NCBI GenBank assembly: GCA_044229845.1 | Contig: JBGASG010000005.1 | Span: 64,001-128,000, forward strand | Reading direction: 5' to 3' | DNA: 64,000 nt | Origin: Candidatus Obscuribacteraceae bacterium | GTDB taxonomy: Bacteria > Cyanobacteriota > Vampirovibrionia > Obscuribacterales > Obscuribacteraceae | Notes under the pieces: model-generated | What the model was told of the DNA's origin: nothing | The model's database searches: none | Seen by the model: only the letters and a program-made list of their open reading frames with translations | Made by a program: the position numbers and the translations under genes | In this document: positions 37,794 through 47,216 of the stretch, piece by piece | Numbering within the stretch: position 1 is the stretch's first letter | How the letters are laid out: every line of letters starts with the position of its first letter

Positions 37794-38204
37794 TTACAGC
37801 CGTAATTCGGCGCGCAATTCGCGGGCGCGGCTGCGCATCTCAGTGGCGCGATCCTTCTTGCCTAACTCGTCTAGGACGAAGGCGTAATGCATCAGTTGCG
37901 CGATGAAGTCGTCGCGGTCGGCATCGAAATCCGGCGCGGAATCGAGAAGTTTTTCGCGCATCTTTAAAGCGCGGTCAAGAAACGGCAGCTGTTCCGGGTA
38001 TTCTTCGAATCTGGTGCGGATCATCGTGATCTGCCGGATCAGCTCAAGTTGTTGTTCCACTTCGAAGCGGTCGGGACTATCCGATGCCGAAAGGCGCTGC
38101 AATTGCGATTCCGCGTCCGCCAATTCGGTGCGCAGGGCAATGCGGTCCTCTTCGCTGACCGCGAACACCTTGCGAATGAATTGTTCGAAAAGACCCTTCC
38201 ACAT
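37794..38204 (-). CDS. Hypothetical helical protein with a TPR-like C-terminus
   Basis: LDRALKMREKL...LMHYAFVLDELGKKDRATEMRSRA; directly downstream of rodA. Confidence 0.65.
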   Translation of the reverse strand: MWKGLFEQFIRKVFAVSEEDRIALRTELADAESQLQRLSASDSPDRFEVEQQLELIRQITMIRTRFEEYPEQLPFLDRALKMREKLLDSAPDFDADRDDFIAQLMHYAFVLDELGKKDRATEMRSRARELRAELRL

Positions 38205-38236
38205 AATCCGGATTGTAGCGCGAAACTAATCAGCGC

Positions 38237-39529
38237 CTACTGCCACATGTCTTTTTTGGGTGGCGGGTTGAGGTTGCGGATGGACAGCAACATCCCAATC
38301 GCAATCATATCGATGATCAGTGCCGTGCCCCCATAACTCAGGAAGGGCAGCGGCACCCCCGCAACGGGCATGATGCCCATGGTCATGCCGATGTTCAAGA
38401 ACACGTGGAATAAGAACATGAACGTCAGCCCCATCGCCATGAGGCTGCCGACCGGTTCGTTTCGTGCCTGATAGGCAATCATCACCCCCCGGAAGCAGAT
38501 CATCAAATAGGAGCAGACGATAAGTGCGGTGGCTTTGAAGCCGAGTTCTTCGCCCACGACGGCAAAGATAAAGTCGGTGTGGCGTTCAGGAATAAAGGCG
38601 CCCTGGCTCTGGTTGCCCTTGCCCAATCCCGAACCGTTGACGCCACCGCTGCCGATGGCAATCAGGCTCTGCAGGATGTGATAGCCGGAGCCCCGCGGGT
38701 CTGAATAGGGGTTGATGAAACTGGTCAGACGCTTCTGCTGATAAGGCTTCAGCACGCCCCACAGGTGCGGACGTATCTCGCCGAACCCGTAGTTGGCAGC
38801 CACCACCGCCAGTGCCAGGATCAGCCGCATCCACCACTTCCAGTTTTTCGTGCGCCAGAAGACTGCCAGCGCTATGCCCAGCACGCCCAGATAAATCTTC
38901 CATGCCTCTTCACTCAGGGCGTTGATGATCAAACTGATTACGGGACTGAGCATGACCAGCAGATCCAGCAATCCGGCGCCCGCCCAGAAGGTCATGCCGA
39001 AGAAGACCGCACCGAAAGTCAGCGAGGTCCCCAAATCCGGCTGCTTGAACACGAGCACCGCCGGCACCGCAATCAGCGCCGCGGTGATGAAGTTGTCCCA
39101 GAATGTCTTGATCGGCCGCCAGCCAAGCCAGGCCGCCAGCGTCCAGATCACCACCAGCTTCGATATTTCGGACGGCTGCAACGTGATGGGACCGAGCGCG
39201 ATCCAGCGCTGGGCGCCCAGAGCCGAGTGTCCAATCACCATAACCGCCGCCAGTAACCCAATGTTTGCGAGATAAATAAACGGCAGCACGAACTTGTGCG
39301 TCCATATCTTGTACGGAATGCGCCAGAAAACGACGAGCGCGGTCACGCCTGCAATGAGAAACTGCAGCTGTTTCTCGTAGAAGATGCCGTGCCCCTGATA
39401 CTGCAGCGTATTGACGCCGACATAAATCAGAAACCCGGTGGCGAGCACGAGCAGCCAGTCGACTTCCTGGAAGAAGTAATAAACGGCGCGTACCGGACCC
39501 GGCGCCCAGGCTAATTGACCGGAGGTCAT
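38237..39529 (-). CDS. rodA: Rod shape-determining protein RodA (SEDS family)
   Basis: GAQRWI..GPITLQPSE, KQPDLGT, QSLIAIGSGG, PERHTDFIFAVVGEELG, GVPLPFLSYGG. Confidence 0.93.
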   Translation of the reverse strand: MTSGQLAWAPGPVRAVYYFFQEVDWLLVLATGFLIYVGVNTLQYQGHGIFYEKQLQFLIAGVTALVVFWRIPYKIWTHKFVLPFIYLANIGLLAAVMVIGHSALGAQRWIALGPITLQPSEISKLVVIWTLAAWLGWRPIKTFWDNFITAALIAVPAVLVFKQPDLGTSLTFGAVFFGMTFWAGAGLLDLLVMLSPVISLIINALSEEAWKIYLGVLGIALAVFWRTKNWKWWMRLILALAVVAANYGFGEIRPHLWGVLKPYQQKRLTSFINPYSDPRGSGYHILQSLIAIGSGGVNGSGLGKGNQSQGAFIPERHTDFIFAVVGEELGFKATALIVCSYLMICFRGVMIAYQARNEPVGSLMAMGLTFMFLFHVFLNIGMTMGIMPVAGVPLPFLSYGGTALIIDMIAIGMLLSIRNLNPPPKKDMWQ

Positions 39530-39574
39530 AGGACACCTCCGCGGTGTTCCGCGTGCACGTGGTGAATTCGCAGG

Positions 39575-39602
39575 AAAAGGGCGAGGATTTGCCTCCTCGC
39601 CC
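39575..39602 (-). terminator. Intrinsic terminator between minE and rodA
   Basis: GGGCGAGGA/TCCTCGCCC stem followed by TTTT on the minus strand. Confidence 0.65.
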
Positions 39603-39696
39603 TGCCCATGACTTGTTTCGTCTCAGTCTTAGTGTGGCTTGCCGGCATCTGTTTCATCTGTCGGCCGCCCGCATGTCGTGCTCGCAATCGCGATCT

Positions 39697-39966
39697 TTAC
39701 TTAGATCTCAGCAACGGGAAGTTGGCGATCAGAGCGGCCTTTCGTTCATATTGTTGCAGATCGAAGCGGGTTGATTCCCGTTCGATTTCAAAGTAACGAC
39801 CAACTACGGCGACCAGTTCTTCTTCCAGGCTGGCGAGGCGGTCGGGCGGCAATTCGAGCCGATCATGCACGAGCATAAGGCGCATGCGGTCTCGAGCGCG
39901 TCCGCGAGCGGAGGAGGTTGACGTCGCTTCTTCTTTTGATTTGAAGAACCAATTAAGGACTTGCAT
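39697..39966 (-). CDS. minE: Cell division topological specificity factor MinE
   Basis: ARDRMRLMLVHDR...EELVAVVGRYFEI...LIANFPL; follows minD. Confidence 0.93.
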   Translation of the reverse strand: MQVLNWFFKSKEEATSTSSARGRARDRMRLMLVHDRLELPPDRLASLEEELVAVVGRYFEIERESTRFDLQQYERKAALIANFPLLRSK

Positions 39967-39979
39967 GTGTTAATCCTCC

Positions 39980-40795
39980 CTATACCGCAGCAGACGGCGT
40001 CGTGAAGATTTTCACGAACTTGCTATACCAGCGCTCGTTCGGCACTTCCAGATCCATGAATGGCACCTCTTCGCCTTTCAGGCGGCGGGCGATGTTGCGA
40101 TAAGCCTGACCGGCGCGTTTGTTTTCGCTGCCTGCCAAGGGTTCGCCTTTGTTCGTGGAAGTAATGACTTCCTCGTCTTCCGGCACGATGCCGACGAGTT
40201 TGCAGGAGAGGATATCGAGCACGTCTTCGACACTCATCATGTCGTTGGTCTTCACCATATGAGGACGGATGCGGTTGATGACCAGGCGATACTGTCCGAT
40301 TTCTTCTTTGCGTGCTTCGAGCAAGCCGATCACTCGGTCTGCGTCGCGCACTGCCGACATTTCGGGCGTCGTGATCACGACAGCTTCTTCGGCGCCGGCG
40401 ATGGCGTTCTGGAAGCCGCCCTCGATGCCTGCGGGGCAATCGATGATCGTGAAGTCGAAGAGACTCTTCAGTTCGGTGCAGAGTTTCTTCATCTGATCGG
40501 CGTTGACGGCCGACTTGTCGCGAGTCTGAGCCGCGGGGAGCAGCGAGAGGTTGGGGAGCTTCTTGTCCTTCACCAGAGCCTGGCGCAGTTTGCAACGCTC
40601 TTCAACGACGTCGACCAGGTTATAGACAACGCGGTTCTCCAGACCCATGAGGATGTCGAGATTGCGCAAACCGATATCCATGTCGACGAGAGCGACGGAT
40701 GCACCGGTTTGTGCAAGCGCCACACCAATGTTGGCGGAAGCTGTCGTTTTACCGACGCCGCCTTTTCCTGAGGTGATGACTATTACTCGACCCAT
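39980..40795 (-). CDS. minD: Septum site-determining ATPase MinD
   Basis: Start MGRVIVITSGKGGVGKTT with AAGGA RBS; DIGLRNLD; DCPAGIE; VRDADR; C-terminal amphipathic helix. Confidence 0.97.
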   Translation of the reverse strand: MGRVIVITSGKGGVGKTTASANIGVALAQTGASVALVDMDIGLRNLDILMGLENRVVYNLVDVVEERCKLRQALVKDKKLPNLSLLPAAQTRDKSAVNADQMKKLCTELKSLFDFTIIDCPAGIEGGFQNAIAGAEEAVVITTPEMSAVRDADRVIGLLEARKEEIGQYRLVINRIRPHMVKTNDMMSVEDVLDILSCKLVGIVPEDEEVITSTNKGEPLAGSENKRAGQAYRNIARRLKGEEVPFMDLEVPNERWYSKFVKIFTTPSAAV

Positions 40796-40869
40796 TCTGT
40801 TTTCCTTTAACGGTGTTGTTGTGCAGGGGTTGACACTACTACTACGGATGCGGATTTTGTATTGGGTTG

Positions 40870-41745
40870 TTATTCCGGTGCGTTGTAGGAAATGCGGATT
40901 TGACCATCGACGATACGTGCCATTTCCGGCCCGGGCGTCGATGTTTTGTAATTCTTTCTGTCGGGAGCGCGGGCGATGCATTGCGCGATGCGCAGTTGCA
41001 AGGGCGCCAGTTTGAGTGCGCGGATTTCGGCTTGTTCATTGCCTGAGCTGCCCGCATGAGCGATGCCTCGCAGCGCGCCCCAGACAAGGATGTCGCCCTC
41101 GGCAATTACTTCGGCGCCGTTGTTGACGTCGCCGACGATGACCAGATTGCCTTTGTGGTTGACCGTCTGCCCGGAGCGCAATGTCTGGTGCAGGTACAAA
41201 ACCTGTGGTGGCGCCGCTGGTGCCGCCGGTTTTGGCGGTGCTTGCTCGTTGGCCAGAGCCGGCACTGCGGGCAGTGGAATCGTCGGCGTGTCCTCGTCCG
41301 GTCTCACTTCCTCATTGCTGATTGGTGTGGCGTAGGAGAGGTCAGTCTGCGTGGTGGGAATGGCAATCGAGATTACCGTTTCGGAAAAACGATTGCGGCG
41401 GCGCGGCGGAGCGAAATCCATGGCGGCATTGGCGGGCGCCGGTGATGTGGTATCACGAGCGGTGACCTTGGCGGCGGCCAGGGCGGCCCGGGTGGTTTCG
41501 TCGTCAGAGAAAACGTTGCGCGGTCGCACGCCACGTTCGGTGATCAAGTCCGCGAATTCCTGAGCTTCGTCTTCCGACAAGCAGAGGTTTCCGAGACTGA
41601 TATCTATTTGATTGGACTCCCAGAACCTTGTCGGGTCCTGGAATGTAGAACTCAGGTGTTGTGCGGCTTCCTGGGCGTTGGTGCATCCGCCAACGTCAAT
41701 GAGCATGCCGGTGTCGGGTTGGCTGATGATGGCAATTTTCGTCAT
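40870..41745 (-). CDS. minC: Septum site-determining protein MinC
   Basis: TLRSGQ...GDVNNGAEVIAEG...WGALRGIAHAG...PLQLRIA. Confidence 0.93.
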   Translation of the reverse strand: MTKIAIISQPDTGMLIDVGGCTNAQEAAQHLSSTFQDPTRFWESNQIDISLGNLCLSEDEAQEFADLITERGVRPRNVFSDDETTRAALAAAKVTARDTTSPAPANAAMDFAPPRRRNRFSETVISIAIPTTQTDLSYATPISNEEVRPDEDTPTIPLPAVPALANEQAPPKPAAPAAPPQVLYLHQTLRSGQTVNHKGNLVIVGDVNNGAEVIAEGDILVWGALRGIAHAGSSGNEQAEIRALKLAPLQLRIAQCIARAPDRKNYKTSTPGPEMARIVDGQIRISYNAPE

Positions 41746-42018
41746 TGAATCTTCGCTTTACAGAGACTATTTTCCCGCCACAGAGACGGAAAAAATTTCA
41801 CATGCGTTACGCAAGGAAAATCGTAGAAGTTGCTGAGTGGCGTGTCAAGCCGCACACCAGCGATTTCATATATACCTTTGATGACAATGCCGTAACGTTA
41901 AACAATGTTCGAAGAACGGCTCTATGTGCGAATTCTTAGCTGTTTTGCGTGGTATAGCGAATGTATATATGGTATCACATATGGTGCAATGAATATGCCG
42001 CACTGGGGAGGTGCATAT

Positions 42019-42798
42019 ATGTCTGATGTAGCTGTGGATCTGTCCGGATTGACCGCATTGGTCACTGGCGGCACATCCGGCATAGGCTTGGCTACTGCTC
42101 AGCTGTTTCATCGGGCTGGTGCCAATGTTGTCATTGCCAGCCGTAGTAAAGGTCGCCTCGAGGAGGCGTTCAAAACATTTAGCGGCGACACCGCACGCCT
42201 TGATGGTTTGAGCGGCGATGTCTCCAGTGAAGGGCACGCCAAGCTTATGGTTAACGCCGCTATATCCAAATTTGGAGAGTTGAATATACTCGTGAACAGC
42301 GCCGGAGTTTTTCGCGGCGGATCGATATTTGAAATGGAAGAGGAAGATTTCCTCATCAACGTCGATGTCAATTTGAAAGGCACCTGGCTGATGTGCAAAT
42401 ACGCCTCGCGTCCCATGGCTGAAGCCGGCGGCGGGTCGATCGTCAATATATCCTCCTACCTGGCGATTCGCGCCAGCAAGCGCATTCCCACCAGCGCCTA
42501 TGCGGCATCGAAGGCCGGCATTCTCGGGTTGACCAGGTCACTGGCAGTCGAACTTGCACCACACAAAATCCGTGTCAACGCGGTATTGCCGGCGCTGATC
42601 AACACGCCGATGGTGGGCACTCTGGTGGCACCGGATGAGCTGGCAAAGCTGGAAGAACACACCAAACGCAATTATCCAATCGGCCGAGTCGGCGAACCGG
42701 AAGATGTGGCGAGCTGCATTCTCTTTCTCTGCAATCCGAAAAACACCTGGCTGACCGGTGAAGAGTTGACGATCGACGGTGGGCGCAGCGTCACCTGA
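42019..42798 (+). CDS. Short-chain dehydrogenase/reductase
   Basis: GGAGGT RBS; TGGTSGIG, NSAG, YAASK, IRVNAVLP, IDGG. Confidence 0.93.
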   Translation: MSDVAVDLSGLTALVTGGTSGIGLATAQLFHRAGANVVIASRSKGRLEEAFKTFSGDTARLDGLSGDVSSEGHAKLMVNAAISKFGELNILVNSAGVFRGGSIFEMEEEDFLINVDVNLKGTWLMCKYASRPMAEAGGGSIVNISSYLAIRASKRIPTSAYAASKAGILGLTRSLAVELAPHKIRVNAVLPALINTPMVGTLVAPDELAKLEEHTKRNYPIGRVGEPEDVASCILFLCNPKNTWLTGEELTIDGGRSVT

Positions 42799-42859
42799 CC
42801 AAAATCGAGTAAGTTTCCGGCGCCGGGCGGGTATAGAGACTACAGTCAGGAGCTCGGCT

Positions 42860-45151
42860 GTGGTTGATAAAACCCTGGTCCCCGAGGGGACCATTCTCGA
42901 AGAGCGATTCAAGATATTGCGCGAGATCGGGCGCGGCGGCATGGGCGCCGTGTATGTCGGCGAGCACGCGATCACCGGCAAGCGGCTTGCTATCAAAGTC
43001 ATGGGCGAAGCTGTTTCTTCAGACTCTGCTTACAAGCAGCGCTTTCTGCGCGAGGCAAAGCTGATGGCGCAGATGGACGACCCTCACATCGCGTCGGTGA
43101 GTGCCGTTGGTGCCTGGAATGACCGTCTTTATCTGGTCATGGATTACATTGAAGGACGCACTCTGCAAGCCGAGTTGAAGGAGCGCGGCGCTGTCAAAAT
43201 GGATGAGGCGCGTGTATGCGCGATTGCATCGCAAGTTTGTGATGCGCTTAGGCATGCACATCAAATCGGTATTGTGCATCGCGATCTCAAGCCTGGCAAC
43301 GTCATGCTCACCGACACCGCATCTGGTGTCAACGTCAAATTGCTGGATTTCGGTATTGCCGCCTGGCTTGATCGCGATGAGGCCGGGCGCATCACGCAGA
43401 CGGGCGAGGTTTTCGGCAGTCCATATTACATGAGCCCAGAGCAGTGCCAGGGCATGCGTCTGGATGGACGCAGCGACCTCTATTCGCTGGGCTGCATCAT
43501 GTACGAGATGCTTTCCGGACACACACCTTTTTCCGGCGATTCGTATTTCGAAGTTTTGTCGAAACAGATGGCCGTCGATCCCCCGCCTATCGAGGGCATT
43601 TCGCCAGGCATGCAGCAGGTCGTCAATCGCGCGATGACCAAAAATCCTGATCAACGCTATCCAGATGCCGCCGCTCTGCATGAAGATCTGCGCAAGGTCA
43701 TGGCAGGCGAAACCATATCGATCGAAAGATCCGGGAAGAAACAATCCCGATCCGCCGGCACCGCCAGGACGACTGGCAAGCGACGGCGCGTGATCACGTT
43801 GATAGCGGTGCCGGTGCTGCTCGCCGGCCTCGCGATTGCAGCCCATTACTTCCTGCAGGCACCGGTTGTCGAGCCGCCGTCGGCACCCGTCGTCAAAGTC
43901 TCTGACTCTGAGTCTGAACTGGCGGAAGCCATGGAGGGCTCAGGAGAAGTCGCTTCGATGAAGTTCTGCGGTCTCTTGCCCGAACCAAAACTGCCATTGC
44001 ATCGTAAAGCCATGGATATTATGGATGCTCGCGTCACGCTGCCGCTTGGAGATCCGGAGCGAACCGCATTTCTCGTCGAGGCTACCAGGCTGTTGAGAGA
44101 CGAACTCAACTCGCCGGACATGGCGAATGCCGGCAGTGAAGAACGCAACTTGATGCTGCATCGGCTGGCATTCTGGGATGCTCTCTTAATCTCGCATCAG
44201 CCTCGCAGTCGTCGCTCCGCTTTGTATAGGGAGGGGGATGAGGCGATCACCAAATCGGTTGAGTATGACAAGATGCTGGGATTGAAAGGGAAGGTTCGGC
44301 GGACCGAGATCCTCGCTTATCTCAGTCTTCAATATGGGCGCGAAATGCGAGACCTGCCTGCGCTAGAGCGATCCGAAAAGTTCTATGTCGAGGTGATTAA
44401 TTTGCTCAAGGAGCGCGAGCGGACTGCCGACGAAAGCGAAGTGTTTCAGCGGTGTTTGTCGAGACTCGAGGAAGTCAGAGATCGAATCCTCAACACCAAC
44501 AAACTGGTCAATCTGCAGAATTTCATAAAAGACCCAAAGGAAGACGAGATCGGGCACTTCGAACGGGCGATGTTTGCGGTGGGCGGCAAACTGATGCGCT
44601 GGCGCGAACTGGAACCGCGGCACCGGCGAGCCGCGTTTTTATTTTCACAATACCGATCTGCGGTTCGAAGTCCCCAGCAGAAAGAAGCAGACCTGAGTGA
44701 TGCACGCGAGTTTCTCCGCAAATTGATCGAGTCGGCAGAGCACGGTGATTTCAGTCCGCCGCTCAAAGTCGAAGAACTGGCGCTCATTCATTTACGTCGA
44801 GGTATTTGCGACATCGAGCTGGCTGGACTGGTTGAGGACTCGGGCAGGCGCGAGAAATACTATCGCCAGGCGGAACGCGATGTAAACAACTCCATCGACA
44901 CCTACCGAAAGGTCGTTCCTGATTATCGTGATTCATTCGAAGCTCGCTGGCGCCTTGGCTACGTGCATTATAAGTATGCGCTTTTTTCGAACGATCGCCG
45001 CGCGTACGAACAGGCGCGCAATGACTTTGTATTTGCGCTCAACAAGCTCAATGAGATGGGGAAGAAACAGCCGATTACCTCCGACGAGCAGCGTCTGGCT
45101 GACCGCCTGGAGAAGGCTGTCGAACTCATCGATAAGCGTATCGCTAAATAA
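42860..45151 (+). CDS. Membrane Ser/Thr protein kinase (Hanks type) with a duplicated helical C-terminal domain
   Basis: GRGGMGAVY, AIK, HRDLKPGN, DFG, GSPYYMSPEQ, SDLYSLG; TM after RRR; GTG start with AGGAG RBS. Confidence 0.93.
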   Translation: MVDKTLVPEGTILEERFKILREIGRGGMGAVYVGEHAITGKRLAIKVMGEAVSSDSAYKQRFLREAKLMAQMDDPHIASVSAVGAWNDRLYLVMDYIEGRTLQAELKERGAVKMDEARVCAIASQVCDALRHAHQIGIVHRDLKPGNVMLTDTASGVNVKLLDFGIAAWLDRDEAGRITQTGEVFGSPYYMSPEQCQGMRLDGRSDLYSLGCIMYEMLSGHTPFSGDSYFEVLSKQMAVDPPPIEGISPGMQQVVNRAMTKNPDQRYPDAAALHEDLRKVMAGETISIERSGKKQSRSAGTARTTGKRRRVITLIAVPVLLAGLAIAAHYFLQAPVVEPPSAPVVKVSDSESELAEAMEGSGEVASMKFCGLLPEPKLPLHRKAMDIMDARVTLPLGDPERTAFLVEATRLLRDELNSPDMANAGSEERNLMLHRLAFWDALLISHQPRSRRSALYREGDEAITKSVEYDKMLGLKGKVRRTEILAYLSLQYGREMRDLPALERSEKFYVEVINLLKERERTADESEVFQRCLSRLEEVRDRILNTNKLVNLQNFIKDPKEDEIGHFERAMFAVGGKLMRWRELEPRHRRAAFLFSQYRSAVRSPQQKEADLSDAREFLRKLIESAEHGDFSPPLKVEELALIHLRRGICDIELAGLVEDSGRREKYYRQAERDVNNSIDTYRKVVPDYRDSFEARWRLGYVHYKYALFSNDRRAYEQARNDFVFALNKLNEMGKKQPITSDEQRLADRLEKAVELIDKRIAK

Positions 45152-45165
45152 AGCTGGTTGTCGCT

Positions 45166-46164
45166 TTAGCTTTTCGCCGGCGAGTTATTGAAGATCTCGT
45201 GGACGATCTCTTCGGCTGCTGTGTGCGGGTCGCCCTTCTGATGCAAGAGATCGGTGAGGACCGAACGCAGTTCTGATGAGCTTTCCAGCGAACTGTCCAG
45301 GTTGTTGCGCGCCAGTTCGGCAACCAGCTCAGAAAGTTCAGCCTGCATCTTCATGCGCCGGCGGTCTAGTTTGGTGTCTGATTCTTCCAGATACCGGCCG
45401 TGGTGCTGAATCTTTTCCCAGAGTTCCGCAATGCCTTCGTTGTTCTCGGCGATCGTCATCAGAACGGGCGGCTTCCACGGGCAGTGACACTCGGTTTTCG
45501 AATGGCTCAGCTCCATGGTTTGCATGATCTCGGAAGCAGTCTTATTGGCGCCCGGCAGATCGGCTTTGTTGATCACGAACACATCGCCGATTTCCATGAT
45601 GCCCGATTTGATCGCCTGCACGTCATCGCCTGAGCCAGGCATCAAAACAAGAACGGTTGTGTCCGCTGTTTTGGCAATCGCCAGTTCAGACTGACCGACG
45701 CCGACGGTTTCGATAATCACCACCTCGCAGCCGTAGGCTTCCATCATGCGAATGGCGTCGTACGTCGCCAGCGCAATGCCGCCTGCGTGACCTCGATTGG
45801 CCATCGAGCGGATAAAGACGTTCTTATCTAAGGCGTGTCCTTGCATGCGTATGCGGTCGCCGAGGATGGCACCACCAGTAAATGGACTGGTGGGGTCTAT
45901 GGCTATCACGCCGACCTTTTTGCCCTGGTCGCGAATCTCGGCGATCAAAGCATCTACTAAGGTAGACTTTCCGACCCCTGGCGAGCCGGTAATGCCTATC
46001 AGGTGGGCTTTTCCGGTGTCCGGGAATAATTTGCGGACGAGCCAGGAAGCAGCCGGTCCGCCATCCTCTACGATGCTCAGCGCACGCGCCAGAGCGCGTT
46101 TGTTACCCGCCTTCAGTTGCTCTGCTATGTCTTCGAGACTAAACTTCAATGTTGGAGACGCCAA
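45166..46164 (-). CDS. meaB: Methylmalonyl-CoA mutase-associated GTPase MeaB/ArgK
   Basis: GITGSPGVGKST, DPTSPFTGGAILGDRIRM, ETVGVGQSE, NKAD. Confidence 0.94.
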   Translation of the reverse strand: MASPTLKFSLEDIAEQLKAGNKRALARALSIVEDGGPAASWLVRKLFPDTGKAHLIGITGSPGVGKSTLVDALIAEIRDQGKKVGVIAIDPTSPFTGGAILGDRIRMQGHALDKNVFIRSMANRGHAGGIALATYDAIRMMEAYGCEVVIIETVGVGQSELAIAKTADTTVLVLMPGSGDDVQAIKSGIMEIGDVFVINKADLPGANKTASEIMQTMELSHSKTECHCPWKPPVLMTIAENNEGIAELWEKIQHHGRYLEESDTKLDRRRMKMQAELSELVAELARNNLDSSLESSSELRSVLTDLLHQKGDPHTAAEEIVHEIFNNSPAKS

Positions 46165-46287
46165 GTTCTGTAAACCTCAATTGCGCCCAATCTTATCAGT
46201 CCGCAGCGGGCACGGAACACATGGGGAACATCAAAAGGTACAGCGAGTCGTTAGACCTGTGAACCCTTTTTTGTCGGGAGTTTACTA

Positions 46288-47037
46288 ATGCTTCCTTTTA
46301 GATACTCGGTTGCGGCCCTTGCCTTGTTCGTCGGCGCGGTTGCGACCACACCTGCCTGTCTGGCGCGTGGCAACGACTTGATCATCAAGACCGGCAAGGG
46401 CGAAGAGATAAACATACAAAACGGCTTCTTCGGCACTAAGAAGAAGGTCGTCAAGGATCGATTCGGCGATAAGTACGAGAGCAAGAAAGGGTGGTTCGGC
46501 AGCAAGGAGCAACAAGCTTCGGTGCTGGGCAACAGCTTCTCGCGCAAGAAAGGTATTCTTGGCGGAACCGAAATTCAGGGCAGCACCATACTTGGTGACT
46601 CGATCAAAACCAAAAAAGGTATCTTCGGTCGTCGCACCACAGAGATTGACGCCAGTGGTGTCACCAATCTCGTTCAGGGCTTCATCGGCAAAGCGAAAAA
46701 CGGTCAGTCTCCGTTAGCCGGATTGGGCGGCGGGCTCGGCTTCGGCGGCATGGGCATGGGAAGCAACATGGCGCCCGGAGCACCAAATGCCGACCCCAAG
46801 AATTTTGATCTCGACAATTTCGACCTCAACAAGGGCTTGCCCAAGGATTTCGGTAACCCTGCCGGTGGTGGCGCGCCAAATCAGGGCTTTCAGCCGCAAG
46901 GACTGCAGGCGCAGCCGCAAAGCTTCGGCGCCCCCAACCCCAACTACGGCTGGCAGGCGGCCCCTGGTGGACCGATTCCGGACGGCAATTCATTGCCCGA
47001 AGTGCCACCGCGCATGCCCGGGGATCAACAACCATAG
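46288..47037 (+). CDS. Secreted hypothetical protein with KKG(W/I)(F/L)G repeats and a Gly/Pro/Gln-rich tail
   Basis: Signal peptide; four ~22-aa repeats; low-complexity C-terminus. Confidence 0.75.
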   Translation: MLPFRYSVAALALFVGAVATTPACLARGNDLIIKTGKGEEINIQNGFFGTKKKVVKDRFGDKYESKKGWFGSKEQQASVLGNSFSRKKGILGGTEIQGSTILGDSIKTKKGIFGRRTTEIDASGVTNLVQGFIGKAKNGQSPLAGLGGGLGFGGMGMGSNMAPGAPNADPKNFDLDNFDLNKGLPKDFGNPAGGGAPNQGFQPQGLQAQPQSFGAPNPNYGWQAAPGGPIPDGNSLPEVPPRMPGDQQP

Positions 47038-47130
47038 CCTGGCTTCCCACCAGGGTTGTCAAAGGTTGCGATAACTCATCATTTTCAAGGCAAAAAGATG
47101 GGTTATCGCGACCTCTAACTCGAAGGCGGT

Positions 47131-47163
47131 GAAAGAAACGAGCGAGGCGTGAAACCTCGCTCG
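47131..47163 (-). terminator. Terminator between convergent genes
   Basis: CGAGCGAGG/CCTCGCTCG stem, with TTTCTTTC following on the minus strand. Confidence 0.65.
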
Positions 47164-47216
47164 CTGCGTTTGCTAACTTGTTTGGGCGGTGCGTGTGACG
47201 ACGCATCGTCTTGTTT

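Noticed and set aside
40796..40981. 62-aa N-terminal extension of MinD in the ORF track
   Set aside because: Overlaps minC; canonical start with RBS is at 40795
41905..42018. N-terminal extension of the SDR
   Set aside because: A strong GGAGGT RBS precedes the ATG at 42019; upstream sequence is AT-rich promoter-like DNA
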